A stretch of DNA of 64,000 bases from contig OZ242008.1 in the NCBI GenBank assembly GCA_965204735.1, positions 1,760,001 to 1,824,000 of the forward strand. The letters run 5' to 3'. Positions 1 through 9,932 of this stretch are shown here, piece after piece. Origin of the DNA: Longimicrobiales bacterium (lineage in GTDB: Bacteria > Gemmatimonadota > Gemmatimonadetes > Longimicrobiales > Gaopeijiaceae). The notes under the pieces are model-generated. The model was not told the origin of the DNA and searched no databases. It worked only from the letters and a program-made list of their open reading frames with translations. The first letter of the stretch is position 1; the number at the start of each line of letters is the position of its first letter. The translations under genes and the position numbers were made by a program.

Positions 1-759
1 TAGATTGCGGCGGCTGATCGCGGCTTCGGGGTCGTTGATCGGCGTGTAGTGCTCCGGTCGGTTGGCGATGGCGGCAAGGAGCGCGCCCTCCGCCGGATTC
101 ATGTCGATGGCGTTCTTCCCGAAGTAGGCGGTGGACGCTTCCTGCAGTCCGTAAAGACCCCGGGCGTACCCGATCTGGTTCATGTACGCCTCCAGGATCT
201 CGTCCTTCGAGTACGCCTGCTCCAGACGGAAGGCGACCTTCCACTCCTTGATCTTCCGGAGGATCCGCTTCTCGAAGCCCAGCTCGTCGGTCCACATGTT
301 CCGAGCCAGCTGCTGGGTGATCGTGCTTCCCCCGCCCCCCGAAAGCGAGCGTGTGCGGAGCACGCCGCCGACCGCCCGGGCGATCCCCCGCAGGTCCACC
401 CCGTTGTGCCGGTAGAAGCGCTTGTCCTCGATGGCGATGAACGCCTGAGGGACGTGGGGCGGCAGGTCCGCGATCGCCACCGGCGTCCGCTGCTCGTCGC
501 CGATCTTGTCCGCGATGATGCGCCCGTTGCGGTCGTACATCTTGCTTGCCTGCTCGGCCTCGTAGGTGTGGACCTGAGCGATCGACGGGCACTCGGTGCT
601 GGAGGTGTCGCACAGGTTCCGCCCCCAGCCCAAGAGCGCTCCGGCCCCGGCGGCGCCCAGGAAGAGGAGGACGAGCGACGCCGCGCCGAGCGCTCCCAAG
701 CGCCGACGGTCGCTCCTCTTGGGGACGCTCTTGTCGAAAGCGCTGAACAAAGCGGCCAT
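1..759 (-). CDS. Class A penicillin-binding protein (PBP1A, transglycosylase domain), 5' part; runs off the window
   Basis: Manual translation from ATG 759 (not in the ORF track): N-terminal TM helix, then transglycosylase motifs AFIAIEDKRFYRHNGVD, GGSTITQQLARN, RKIKE and SKDEILEAYMN. Confidence 0.93.
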   Translation of the reverse strand, partial: MAALFSAFDKSVPKRSDRRRLGALGAASLVLLFLGAAGAGALLGWGRNLCDTSSTECPSIAQVHTYEAEQASKMYDRNGRIIADKIGDEQRTPVAIADLPPHVPQAFIAIEDKRFYRHNGVDLRGIARAVGGVLRTRSLSGGGGSTITQQLARNMWTDELGFEKRILRKIKEWKVAFRLEQAYSKDEILEAYMNQIGYARGLYGLQEASTAYFGKNAIDMNPAEGALLAAIANRPEHYTPINDPEAAISRRNL

Positions 760-1111
760 CTTAGGTGCCCGTCCTTTCCGTTGGCGTGCCTGGCGCTCCT
801 CTGCCCCGCCTGCAATCTACGACGCAAAGCCGCTCGGTGTTGCCGAACGCGACCGCGGCGCCGGGAGCGGAGGCGCACTCCGCGACCAGAGGGTTGACCC
901 GCGTCCAGTCCCCAACGAGCTTTCAAGCCATGCAAGAGATGATTGCAGCGTGCCCTGGTTCTTGCGACTTGCACGCTGCGCAAGCCTGCGTTCTCGCGGT
1001 CAAGCCCAGCTCGGCCTTGGACCTGCGTGGAACGGGCTGGGGACGGGCGGCCGGGGGAGCGGGTTCCTGATCGTTGTCGCGGAACCGTCGCGAAGGACGG
1101 CGACGACGGAA

Positions 1112-2209
1112 GTGAGGGTGCGTTCCGCTTCCGGCGGCTACGCCGTCCACGTGGGGGGAGGAGCGCGGGATGCCCTGCCCAAGCTCGTGGCGGAGGCGTC
1201 TCCGTCGGGCCGTTGCGCCCTGATCTCCGACGAGACCGTGGCGGAGGCCTGGGGACGCCGCGTCGCCGAATCCTTGCAGGATGCGGGTCTGGACCCGACG
1301 ATCGCCACCTTTCCGGCGGGGGAAGCCTTCAAGACGCGCCAGAGTTGGGCGGCGCTCACCGATGCGCTGCTGGCGGCCGGACTGGGGCGGGACTGTTGCG
1401 TGGCGACGCTGGGCGGGGGCGTGGTGGGGGACGTGGGAGGGTTCGTCGCGGCGACCTATCTGCGGGGCGTTCCCTTCGTCCAGGTTCCGACGACGACCCT
1501 GGCCATGATCGACGCCTCCGTCGGGGGCAAGACCGGCGTGGACCATCCGACGGGGAAGAACTTGATCGGCGCGTTCCACCCCCCGTCGGCCGTGGTGGCG
1601 GACCCGGTGTTCCTGGAGACTCTCGGGCTGCGCCGCCGGGCCGAGGGCTACGCCGAGGCCGTGAAGCACGGAGCGATCATGGACGCCTCCTACGCCGAGT
1701 GGCTGGCGGGCCGGGCCGAGGCGCTGCTGGCGGGCCGGGCCGGCGACGTGGAGCGGGCCGTGGTCCGCTCCGTGGAGATCAAGGCCGAAGTGGTGTCGGA
1801 GGACGAGTTCGAGACCGGGCGGCGTCAACTCCTCAACTTCGGCCACACGGTGGGACACGCGCTGGAGTCGGCTTCGGGCTGGGCGCTGCCCCACGGCCAC
1901 GCCGTCGCCGTGGGCATGGTGGCGGAAGCGTGGATCGGCGAGGCCCTGGGGGTCACCGCGCCCGGCACGGCCGCCCAGCTCCGGCGGATGGTCCGCGCCT
2001 TCGGCCTCCCCGTCGTCCACGACGCGCTGGGCGACCCCGAGGGCGTGGTCGCCGGGATGGCCCGGGACAAGAAGGTGCGGCGCGGAGTCGTCCACATGGC
2101 GCTCCTGGAAGAAGTGGGGCGGGCGAGCACGGCGCAGGGCTCGGCCCACCCGATCCCGTCGGCGGAGCTTGTCCGCGCCCTCGAGCGCCTGGGGTCGGAG
2201 GTTTCGTGA
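1112..2209 (+). CDS. aroB: 3-dehydroquinate synthase
   Basis: Motifs LGGGVVGDVGGF, VPTTTLAMIDASVGGKTG, KNLIGAFH, LNFGHTVGHALE and HGHAV. Start GTG 1112 is inferred within ORF 596-2209. Confidence 0.96.
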   Translation: MRVRSASGGYAVHVGGGARDALPKLVAEASPSGRCALISDETVAEAWGRRVAESLQDAGLDPTIATFPAGEAFKTRQSWAALTDALLAAGLGRDCCVATLGGGVVGDVGGFVAATYLRGVPFVQVPTTTLAMIDASVGGKTGVDHPTGKNLIGAFHPPSAVVADPVFLETLGLRRRAEGYAEAVKHGAIMDASYAEWLAGRAEALLAGRAGDVERAVVRSVEIKAEVVSEDEFETGRRQLLNFGHTVGHALESASGWALPHGHAVAVGMVAEAWIGEALGVTAPGTAAQLRRMVRAFGLPVVHDALGDPEGVVAGMARDKKVRRGVVHMALLEEVGRASTAQGSAHPIPSAELVRALERLGSEVS

Positions 2210-3855
2210 AGGCCAGGGAGCCGACGGCGCCGGAAGAGCGCCCGCCGAACCCCACGATCTCGTCGGCGCTGGAGCGTCGCGCCGGCAAGAACCCCGACGC
2301 CGCCTTCCTCCACTTCCGGGACGGCCCGATGACCTACGGAGAGGCGGCGGCCCAGGCGGAGGCGCTGGCGGCATCCCTGTCGAACCTGGGGATCGAAGCC
2401 GGCGACCGCGTCGCCCTGGCGCTGCCGGCTTGGCCCGAGTTCGCGGTGGCGGTGTTCGCGGCGTCCCGCCTGGGCGCGTCGGTGGTCCCCCTGAACCCGC
2501 GTCTGACGCCCCACGAGCTTCGCTACCGCCTTCGCCACTCGGGCGCGGTGTGCGCCGTCTCCGCCGAGGACGCCTACGGGATCGACTACCTGCAGATCTT
2601 TGAAGACCTGCTGGTCGATCTGCCGGATCTCCGCCACTTGGTCACCGTGGGCGACGAGGACCTGTGGTACGACGACAGAATCTTCCAATGGGAGGACCTG
2701 CTCTCGGCCGGACGGGGCCGGGGTTGCGCCGCCCGCCCCGGGAACGCGGACGAGCCCTTCGCCCTCCTCTACACCTCGGGCACCACCGGCAAGCCCAAGG
2801 GCGTGGAGCTCAGCCAGGCCAACCTTCTTCACGCAGCCGACGAGACCGCCGAAGCGGTGGAGCTGGGACCCGACGACGTGGTGGTCGGCGTGGCGGCCCT
2901 CTTCCACGCCTTCGGCCTCGGACCCGGCCTGCTGGGGACGCTGCTGCGGGGGGCCGGCCTGGTTCTGCTGGACGACCTGGACGCCCGAGCCGCCCTGGAG
3001 GCGGCGCGCCGACACCGTGCCACGATCCACTACGGGGTGCCGTCCCTCTTCGCCATGGAGATGCGGGAGATCGAAGGCGGGAACAGCCGTCCGCCGGGCG
3101 CCCTGCGGGCGTGCTTGACCTCCGGCGGCCCCATGAGCGACGGGCTGGCGCGTCGAGTGCAGGCGTGCTTCGGCGTTCCCGTGCTGGCCGCGTACACCCT
3201 GACCGAAGCCGCCTCCACGGTTGCCGCGGGAAGGGTCGCCGACCCGAGCGGCAAGCTGCGGTTCACCGTGGGCCGGCCCGTCAGGGCGACCTCGGTGCGC
3301 GTGACCGACGACGACGGCGCCGTGCTTCCTCCCGAGAGCGTCGGCGAGATCAGGGTGCGCGGCCCCGGGGTCATGTGCGGCTACTTCCGCCAGCCGTCCG
3401 CCACGTCCGCGGCCTTCGACGAAGAGGGCTACCTGCGGACCGGGGACCTGGGCATGCTCGACGAGGACGGGTACCTCCACTTGGTGGGCCGCCGCGTGGA
3501 CACGATCGCCCGAGGCGGCTTCGACGTGCACCCCAGGGAAGTGGAGGACCGCCTGGCCGCCCACCCCGCCGTGGACCGGGCCGTGGTGGTCGCCGTTCCC
3601 GACGGTGCGCTGGGCGAGGCCGTGTGCGCTTGCGTGGTGCGGGTGGAAGGCGGCGTGGTCACGGAGGAGGAGCTGCGCGAGTGGACGGCGCTGGCGCTGG
3701 CCAAGTACAAACTGCCGGACGTGATTAGCTTCATGGACGACCTGCCCTTGACGAGCACGGGCAAGGTGTGGCGCATGGAACTTGTGCGCCGCGTGTCGCG
3801 AGCACGCGAAGACATGAACGACGAAGACGCAAAACAAGACGGAACGACAACGTGA
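2206..3855 (+). CDS. AMP-dependent acyl-CoA synthetase/ligase
   Basis: YTSGTTGKPKG AMP-binding motif, GYLRTGDLG and LPLTSTGKV. The GTG start overlaps the aroB stop (GTGA). Confidence 0.93.
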   Translation: MKAREPTAPEERPPNPTISSALERRAGKNPDAAFLHFRDGPMTYGEAAAQAEALAASLSNLGIEAGDRVALALPAWPEFAVAVFAASRLGASVVPLNPRLTPHELRYRLRHSGAVCAVSAEDAYGIDYLQIFEDLLVDLPDLRHLVTVGDEDLWYDDRIFQWEDLLSAGRGRGCAARPGNADEPFALLYTSGTTGKPKGVELSQANLLHAADETAEAVELGPDDVVVGVAALFHAFGLGPGLLGTLLRGAGLVLLDDLDARAALEAARRHRATIHYGVPSLFAMEMREIEGGNSRPPGALRACLTSGGPMSDGLARRVQACFGVPVLAAYTLTEAASTVAAGRVADPSGKLRFTVGRPVRATSVRVTDDDGAVLPPESVGEIRVRGPGVMCGYFRQPSATSAAFDEEGYLRTGDLGMLDEDGYLHLVGRRVDTIARGGFDVHPREVEDRLAAHPAVDRAVVVAVPDGALGEAVCACVVRVEGGVVTEEELREWTALALAKYKLPDVISFMDDLPLTSTGKVWRMELVRRVSRAREDMNDEDAKQDGTTT

Positions 3856-5807
3856 AACCTTATTCGAGGGCCCCTCATGCGGGTCCTGACCAGCACCAAG
3901 CGGCCAACTACGCGGCCCTGCTCATCGACTTCGACAACGTCACGATGGGCATGAGGAGCGACTTGGCCAAAGAGTTCAAGAACCTCCTCGACTCCGACGT
4001 GATCAAGGGCAAGGTGACGGTGCAGCGGGCCTACGCCGACTGGCGCAGGTACCCCCAGTACATCGTCCCCCTGTCGGAGGCCTCCATCGACCTGATCTTC
4101 GCGCCGGCCTACGGGAGCTCGAAGAAGAACGCCACCGACATTCGGATGGCCATCGACGGCATGGAGCTCGTCTTCATACGGCCCGAGATCGGAACCTTCA
4201 TCCTCTTCACCGGCGACTCGGACTTCTCCAGCTTGGTCCTGAAGCTGAAGGAGTACGGGAAGTACGTGATCGGGATCGGCATTCAGGAATCCAGCTCCGA
4301 CATCCTCGTCCAGAACTGCCACGAGTACTACTCGTACACCTCGGTCGCCGGGCTCAGCAAGACGTCCGAGGGCGGACGTCGGCAGGACGGACTCGACCCT
4401 TGGCAGTGCGCCGGCGAGGCTGTGGCGCGCATGGCGTCGCGGGGGGACGCGATGCGCTCCGACCGGCTGAAGCAGGTCATGATGGAGCTCTCCCCCGGCT
4501 TCGACGAACGGGACTTGGGCTTCAGGAAGTTCTCCAAGTTCGTTGCCGAGGCCGCCAAGAAGGGGCTGCTGCGCATCGAGCGGCGCGAGAACGGACAGTA
4601 CGAGGTGGCCCCGCCGGCGGAGAGGGGAAGCGACGGCCGTCCGGCGGCTGCGCCCTCCACGGCCGGCGCCGGCAAGGGATCCGCGGCCGGCAAGGGAGCT
4701 GCGGCGGGAAGGAGCAGCGGCGCCGGCAAGGGTTCCGCAACGGCGAAGACGTCCGCGAGCGGCCCCCCCAACGGCCAACCGCCTCGCAGGAAGGACCGCA
4801 AGGGGAAGGCGCCGGAGCCGACTCCAGCCGCCGGCGAGAAGGACGCCGCCGCATCGGCCGACGCGGAGACGGAAGCAGGGAAGGGGCGCCGCGCGGCGCT
4901 GCGTCTGCTGGAGCGCGCGCTTCGGGAGTTCGGCGAGAAGGCGGAGCAGGGGGTTCGGGACTCGGACGTCAAGCGCAAGCTCATCGCGCTGGACGCCCAC
5001 TTCGACGAAGGCCGCCTGGGGTTCGGCAAGTTCAGCAAGTTCCTCCTCTTCGCCGAGACCCAGGGCGTGGTGGCCGTGACCCGCCTGGAAGGGGGGAGCT
5101 TCGAGGCGCGGGTCCCGTCCGCCGAGCTGGATGCCAAGCTCCTGGGCCTGCCCACCACCGTGGAGTCCATCAAGAGCTACCTGACCAACCGGTACAAGGG
5201 AATCGGGGTCAAGACCGCGGACAAGCTGATCGCGTCCTTCGGCACAGAGCTGTTCACCGTGTTGCGGGACGAGCCCGAAAAGGTGCGCGAGGTTCTCCCC
5301 AAGGCTCGGGCAGTGCGCGTGCTGGCCGCCTGGAACGAGGACCACCAGCGTCGGAGCAAGCCGCATGGGGGCCGGGGGAAGGCGTCGCCGCGCACTTCGG
5401 CCTCTCCCGGCGGTCCGGGCCGCCCCGACCCGGCGCTGACTTCCCGCGAATCCGCCCCGCCGACGGAGCGGACGCCCTTGCCGACGGAACGGGCGAACGC
5501 CCCCGGGGGCAAGCCGGGCGCCCTGACCGTCCACGAGCCCCGGGTGCGCCACTTCGGCCGGGGAAGGACGGGCGCCAAGGCCGGCCCGGGCGGCTCCGGA
5601 CCTGGAGTGGTCGGGTCCGACGCCCGCGCAGCCCCCTCCGCCGCCAAGGTGGCCGAAGCCGCCGTCGCCGCGGACGCCGCGGCCGGTGCAGCCACCGCGC
5701 TCTCCGCCGAAGCGGATGCTCCCGCGTCGCGCAAGCGGGCGGCTTCCGGGGTGCGGCGCTTCTTCGCGCGACGCGGCCGGGGACGCGTCGCAGACGATGG
5801 GAAGTGA
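3852..5807 (+). CDS. NYN-domain (PIN-like) RNase with two OST-HTH/LOTUS domains, a RecD2-like HhH domain and a low-complexity tail
   Basis: NYN motifs LLIDFDNV, KNATDIRMAID and TGDSDF. Two FDE..LGF.KFSKF LOTUS-type repeats. Segment PTTVESIKSYLTNRYKGIGVKTADKLIASFG resembles an HhH domain. Confidence 0.85.
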   Translation: MKPYSRAPHAGPDQHQAANYAALLIDFDNVTMGMRSDLAKEFKNLLDSDVIKGKVTVQRAYADWRRYPQYIVPLSEASIDLIFAPAYGSSKKNATDIRMAIDGMELVFIRPEIGTFILFTGDSDFSSLVLKLKEYGKYVIGIGIQESSSDILVQNCHEYYSYTSVAGLSKTSEGGRRQDGLDPWQCAGEAVARMASRGDAMRSDRLKQVMMELSPGFDERDLGFRKFSKFVAEAAKKGLLRIERRENGQYEVAPPAERGSDGRPAAAPSTAGAGKGSAAGKGAAAGRSSGAGKGSATAKTSASGPPNGQPPRRKDRKGKAPEPTPAAGEKDAAASADAETEAGKGRRAALRLLERALREFGEKAEQGVRDSDVKRKLIALDAHFDEGRLGFGKFSKFLLFAETQGVVAVTRLEGGSFEARVPSAELDAKLLGLPTTVESIKSYLTNRYKGIGVKTADKLIASFGTELFTVLRDEPEKVREVLPKARAVRVLAAWNEDHQRRSKPHGGRGKASPRTSASPGGPGRPDPALTSRESAPPTERTPLPTERANAPGGKPGALTVHEPRVRHFGRGRTGAKAGPGGSGPGVVGSDARAAPSAAKVAEAAVAADAAAGAATALSAEADAPASRKRAASGVRRFFARRGRGRVADDGK

Positions 5808-6393
5808 CGAGGATTCCTTTCCGGCCGACCTGCTGAGCGGAGACTGCGCCGAGGCGGCCCGGCGTCTGCTGGGAAGCGTTCTCGCGTCCACGGTCGCCGG
5901 ACGACCGGCCAGCGGCACGATCGTGGAGGCCGAGGCCTATCTGGGACCCCACGACCCGGCGAGCCACGCCCGCGCCTCCGTCGGCAAGACACGCCGCAAC
6001 GCGGCCATGTTCGGGGAGCGGGGCACCCTCTACGTCTACCTCTCCCACGGCGTGCACCACTGCGCCAACGTCGTCACGGGGGAGAGCGGCGACCCGGCCG
6101 CCGTGCTGATCCGCGCCCTGGAGCCCCTGGACGGCCTCGACGTCATGGCCGCTCGCCGCCGCCGCGACGCGGACCTCTGCAACGGCCCGGGGCGACTGGC
6201 CCAAGCGCTGGGCATCACCCTGCGCCACAACGGCCACTCGCTCTCCCGTCCGCCCCTTCGTCTCCTGGCGGGAAAGCCCTTCCACGACTCGGAGGTGGGC
6301 GCCTCGGGCAGGATCGGCGTGTCCCGGGCGACGGAGTGGCCGCTGCGCTTCTTCGTCAAGGGGCACCCTGCCGTGAAGCCGCCGCGGTGGTGA
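5797..6393 (+). CDS. mpg: DNA-3-methyladenine glycosylase (AAG/Mpg family)
   Basis: IVEAEAYLGPHDPASHA, LYVYLSHGVHHCANVV, AVLIRALEP, NGPGRLAQAL and RIGVSRA. Confidence 0.94.
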   Translation: MGSDEDSFPADLLSGDCAEAARRLLGSVLASTVAGRPASGTIVEAEAYLGPHDPASHARASVGKTRRNAAMFGERGTLYVYLSHGVHHCANVVTGESGDPAAVLIRALEPLDGLDVMAARRRRDADLCNGPGRLAQALGITLRHNGHSLSRPPLRLLAGKPFHDSEVGASGRIGVSRATEWPLRFFVKGHPAVKPPRW

Positions 6394-6395
6394 CG

Positions 6396-6424
6396 TTGTG
6401 TTACTTTGCGTCATAAAGTAGATT
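6396..6424 (+). promoter_or_regulatory. Putative sigma70 promoter (TTGTGT-17-TAGATT) overlapped by the palindrome TACTTT-N7-AAAGTA
   Basis: AT-rich patch in a GC-rich context. The inverted repeat is at 6402-6420, between the -35 and -10 boxes, upstream of the DUF4153 gene. Confidence 0.55.
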
Positions 6425-6477
6425 GCGGCGGCGTCGCGACGTCCGACCGCCTAGCCTCACGAAACGGAGAACAGCCC

Positions 6478-8310
6478 ATGAAGACGAAGCTTCCTCCCGT
6501 TCGCCGACTCCTCTCGGACGGCTGGGCCGCGGCCCAACGGTTCCCCGAGGCGGTTCTCTGCGGCCTCGTGGCCGGCACCGCCGGCGCCGCCGGCATCGAC
6601 GCGGCCGACGAGCGGTTCTGGTTCCGCATCTGCTTTGCCGCGACTCTCGGACTGCCGCTCTTCGTGACCCTGGTCCTGACCGGCGAACGCCGCGGCTGGA
6701 CGGACGCGTGGCGCTGGGCGGCTCGCGCAGGCGGAGCGGCCCTTCTGGTCGCTTGGTGGGCGGCGAGCGGAGGCTGGCAGATGAACATCATCCCCGTGCG
6801 CTTCGTCCACACGGCCCTGACGCTCCACTTGGCCGCGGCGTCGCTTCCGTACCTGGGCGCCCGAGAGCCCTGGGGCTTCTGGCAGTACAACCGCGCCCTC
6901 TTCTTCCGCTTCCTGGTGGCGGTGATCTACGCGGCCGCCGTCTTCGTGGGAGTCGCCCTGGCAGTGGCGGCGCTCGACAACCTCTTCGGCGTGGACGTGC
7001 CGGAGGAGACCTATGGACGGCTTTGGTTCGCGGCCGCCTTCGGCCTTCACCCGCTGGTGTTCCTCGCGGGGGTGCCGAAGGAGTTCGCGAGCCTGAACGA
7101 GAACCGCGACTACCCGAAAGGGCTCCGCATATTCTCGCAAAACGTCATGCTGCCCCTGGTGGGCCTCTACGTGGCGATCCTCACGACCTACCTGGTCAAG
7201 ATCCTGATCACCGGGACGTGGCCCAGCGGGTGGGTCAGCTACCTGGTGTCGGCTCTGGCCGTGATCGGGATATTCTCACTTCTCATGGTGCATCCGGAGC
7301 GGATGCGGACGGAGCGGAACTGGATCGACCGCTACGCCCTCGGCTTCTGGATCGCCATCCTGTACTCGGCGGTGATGGTCCTGGTGGCTCTCTGGCAGCG
7401 CATCGACCAGTACGGGATCACGGAGGCGCGGTACATCCTGGGCGTGCTCGCCGTATGGCTGGCCGCCACGGCGCTGCACCGGGTGATCACGCGCACCCGG
7501 GACATCAAGGCGATTCCCACGACCCTGGCCGTCGTCGGAGCGTTGACGCTGGCGGGACCCTGGTCGGCCTACTCCGTCGCGAAGAGAAGCCAGCTGGGAA
7601 GGATCGAGGAGATTCTGACCACCCACGGCGCGCTCTCGGGCAACGACCTGTCGTCCGAACCGAGGGAGATACCCTTCGAGGAGTGGCGTCAGGTGGAGGA
7701 CGTGGCGCTGTACTTGGTGGACAACCACGGCACCGGCGCCTTCGACCGCTGGACCGGAGGCGTCGGGAACGGCGACGAACGATGGGCGACGGAGCCGGCC
7801 CTCGACTGGAACGGCCTCAAGGAGCGGACCGACGGGGTGGTGGCGCGGCTGGGCGTCCGGCCGGGTCCCGTGGGACGACCCGTCGAGCTGCACGCGGCGA
7901 GTCCCCGCGAACCGCTCTCCACCGAGGGCTACGACCTCGTGGCGGCCCTCGGCGCCGCAGCCGAGGCGACGATCGACGGGAACACCGTGCGCTTCGCCCT
8001 CTCGGAGGACGGCTTGGCGGTTGTCGCGACGGTGGGCGGCAGAGAGTCGCGGACGTCCCTGGCGCCGTTGATGGAGCGGGCGCAAGCCGCCAAGGAAGCG
8101 CTCTCGGACGACGCCGGCCGCCCGGCGACGGACGGCACCGCGAGGGTGGAGGTCCCGGCCGGGGAGCTGGCCCTGGACGTTGCCGCGGACGGGCTGTCCA
8201 TGCGGTTGGCGCTGGCTTGGCTGCGCGTGGAGGACCTGGAGGGCGGGACGGTTGCCACCGACATGGGAGTGGACGCGGTCCTGCTCCGGCGAAGCACGCC
8301 GTCGGGGTAG
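6478..8310 (+). CDS. DUF4153-family multi-pass membrane protein
   Basis: About 11 hydrophobic segments; motifs FWQYN, YLVKILITGTWPSG, RIDQYGITEARY and GPWSAYSVAKRSQ. Confidence 0.8.
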   Translation: MKTKLPPVRRLLSDGWAAAQRFPEAVLCGLVAGTAGAAGIDAADERFWFRICFAATLGLPLFVTLVLTGERRGWTDAWRWAARAGGAALLVAWWAASGGWQMNIIPVRFVHTALTLHLAAASLPYLGAREPWGFWQYNRALFFRFLVAVIYAAAVFVGVALAVAALDNLFGVDVPEETYGRLWFAAAFGLHPLVFLAGVPKEFASLNENRDYPKGLRIFSQNVMLPLVGLYVAILTTYLVKILITGTWPSGWVSYLVSALAVIGIFSLLMVHPERMRTERNWIDRYALGFWIAILYSAVMVLVALWQRIDQYGITEARYILGVLAVWLAATALHRVITRTRDIKAIPTTLAVVGALTLAGPWSAYSVAKRSQLGRIEEILTTHGALSGNDLSSEPREIPFEEWRQVEDVALYLVDNHGTGAFDRWTGGVGNGDERWATEPALDWNGLKERTDGVVARLGVRPGPVGRPVELHAASPREPLSTEGYDLVAALGAAAEATIDGNTVRFALSEDGLAVVATVGGRESRTSLAPLMERAQAAKEALSDDAGRPATDGTARVEVPAGELALDVAADGLSMRLALAWLRVEDLEGGTVATDMGVDAVLLRRSTPSG

Positions 8311-8402
8311 GCAAGGCCGCGCAGGGGGCCGCAGGGGCCATCCTTGTTGCTTTCGCCCTTGCCCTGGGGGTCCATGTCGGGGTAGGCAAGGCCGCGCAGG
8401 GG
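8301..8402. repeat. 27-bp direct repeat, 2 copies (GTCGGGGTAGGCAAGGCCGCGCAGGGG)
   Basis: Copies at 8301-8327 (including the DUF4153 stop codon) and 8376-8402. Confidence 0.85.
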
Positions 8403-8434
8403 CTGCGGGCTGCAGGGGTGTTAGCTTGTCTCCC

Positions 8435-9862
8435 ATGAGCACCGTCGCCGATCCAACTTGGCTCTCCGTCCTCCCGCCGCTGCTGGCCATCGGGCTGGCC
8501 GTCGCCACCCGCCAGGTCTATCTCTCCCTTGCCGGCGGAATATGGCTCGGGTGGACGATTCTTCGCGGGTGGAACCCGGCCGCTGGACTCGGAGAGGCGG
8601 TCGAGTCCGCCGTCAGGGTCCTGGGCGACGCCGGGGACGCTCGGGTCGTCATGTTCACCTTGGTGATGGGCGCGCTGATCGCGACCCTCAGCGCCTCCGG
8701 CGGCGTGGCCGGCTTCGTGGGCTGGCTCGAGCGGAACCGCTGGGTCGACAACGGCCGCCGGTCCCAGCTGCTGGCGTGGGCGACGGGCGTGGCGATCTTT
8801 GTCGAGTCCAACATCACGGTGCTGGTGGCGGGCGCCGTCTGCCGCCCGCTCTTCGACCGCTACCGGACCTCCCGGGAGAAGCTCGCCTACCTGATCGACT
8901 CGACCAGCGCGCCGATCTGCATCCTGATCCCGCTGAACGCCTGGGGCGCCTACAACCTGGGCATCCTCGGCGGCGCCGAGGTGGGCGTGGAGAACCCGCT
9001 GGCCGTCTTTCTCCAGTCGATCCCCTTCAACTTCTACGCCTTCGCCGCAGTGGCCCTGGCTCTGGCGGTCGCCCTCTTCAAGCTGGACTGGGGTCCCATG
9101 AAGGACGCCGAGGCACGGGCGGCGCGGGGAGAAGTCCTTCGCCCGGGCGCCACTCCCATGATGGACGAAGACGTCCTCGGCGGCGGCGAGGAGCCCCCCG
9201 TTGCGCCCCGGGCGTCCAACATGATCGTCCCGATCGCGGCGCTCGTGGTTCTGATGCCCGTCGGCCTCTGGATCACGGGCGACGGCGACCTTCGCCAGGG
9301 CAGCGGCTCGACTTCGGTCCTTTGGGCTGCCTTGGGGGCCCTGGCGTCGGCGTGGTTCCTGCTGCTGGCCCAGCGCGCATACTCGGTCGACGCCCTGGTG
9401 CGGATCGCCCTGCGGGGGGCCGGCGGGCTGGTTCCCCTTGCGCTGATCCTGATCCTTGCCCTGGCGCTGGGAGACGTGGCCGGCCACCTGGGCACCGGCG
9501 CCTACGTGGCGCAAGCCACCGAGGGCGTGCTGCCGCCGGCCGTCTTCCTTCCGCTGGTGTTCGTCGTGTCGTCGGCGATCGCGTTCTCGATCGGGTCCAG
9601 CTGGGGCACTTTCGCGATCATGATCCCCATCGCGGTGCCCGCCGCCGTCCTCCTGGGACTCCCGCCCGCGCCGTTCCTGGCGGCGGCGCTCTCCGGGGGC
9701 ATCTTCGGCGACCACTGTTCCCCCGTGAGCGACACCACGATCATATCTTCCATGGCGGCCGCCACGGACCACGTGGACCATGTGCGGACCCAGCTGCCCT
9801 ACGCCCTTGCCGGCGGAGCGGTGGCGGCGGCGTGCTTCACGGTGGCGGGGGCGCTGCTGTAG
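8435..9862 (+). CDS. Na+/H+ antiporter NhaC-family transporter
   Basis: WLSVLPPLLAIGLA, SREKLAYLIDSTSAP, GSSWGTFAIMIPI, GGIFGDHCSPVSDTTIISS and DHVRTQLPYA. Confidence 0.9.
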   Translation: MSTVADPTWLSVLPPLLAIGLAVATRQVYLSLAGGIWLGWTILRGWNPAAGLGEAVESAVRVLGDAGDARVVMFTLVMGALIATLSASGGVAGFVGWLERNRWVDNGRRSQLLAWATGVAIFVESNITVLVAGAVCRPLFDRYRTSREKLAYLIDSTSAPICILIPLNAWGAYNLGILGGAEVGVENPLAVFLQSIPFNFYAFAAVALALAVALFKLDWGPMKDAEARAARGEVLRPGATPMMDEDVLGGGEEPPVAPRASNMIVPIAALVVLMPVGLWITGDGDLRQGSGSTSVLWAALGALASAWFLLLAQRAYSVDALVRIALRGAGGLVPLALILILALALGDVAGHLGTGAYVAQATEGVLPPAVFLPLVFVVSSAIAFSIGSSWGTFAIMIPIAVPAAVLLGLPPAPFLAAALSGGIFGDHCSPVSDTTIISSMAAATDHVDHVRTQLPYALAGGAVAAACFTVAGALL

Positions 9863-9932
9863 GGCTCGCGGGTCCGGACCCCAGGAGGGCCTTCCGCACC
9901 AACCCGCCTCCCGCACCAACCCCAGGAGTCGT

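Noticed and set aside
815..980. GACGCAAAGCC (c-di-GMP-I riboswitch-like) and the hairpin GCAGCGTGC/GCACGCTGC at 945-979
   Set aside because: The upstream GGCAAACC/GNRA stem of the riboswitch is missing, and a single 9-bp stem in GC-rich DNA is too weak to call.
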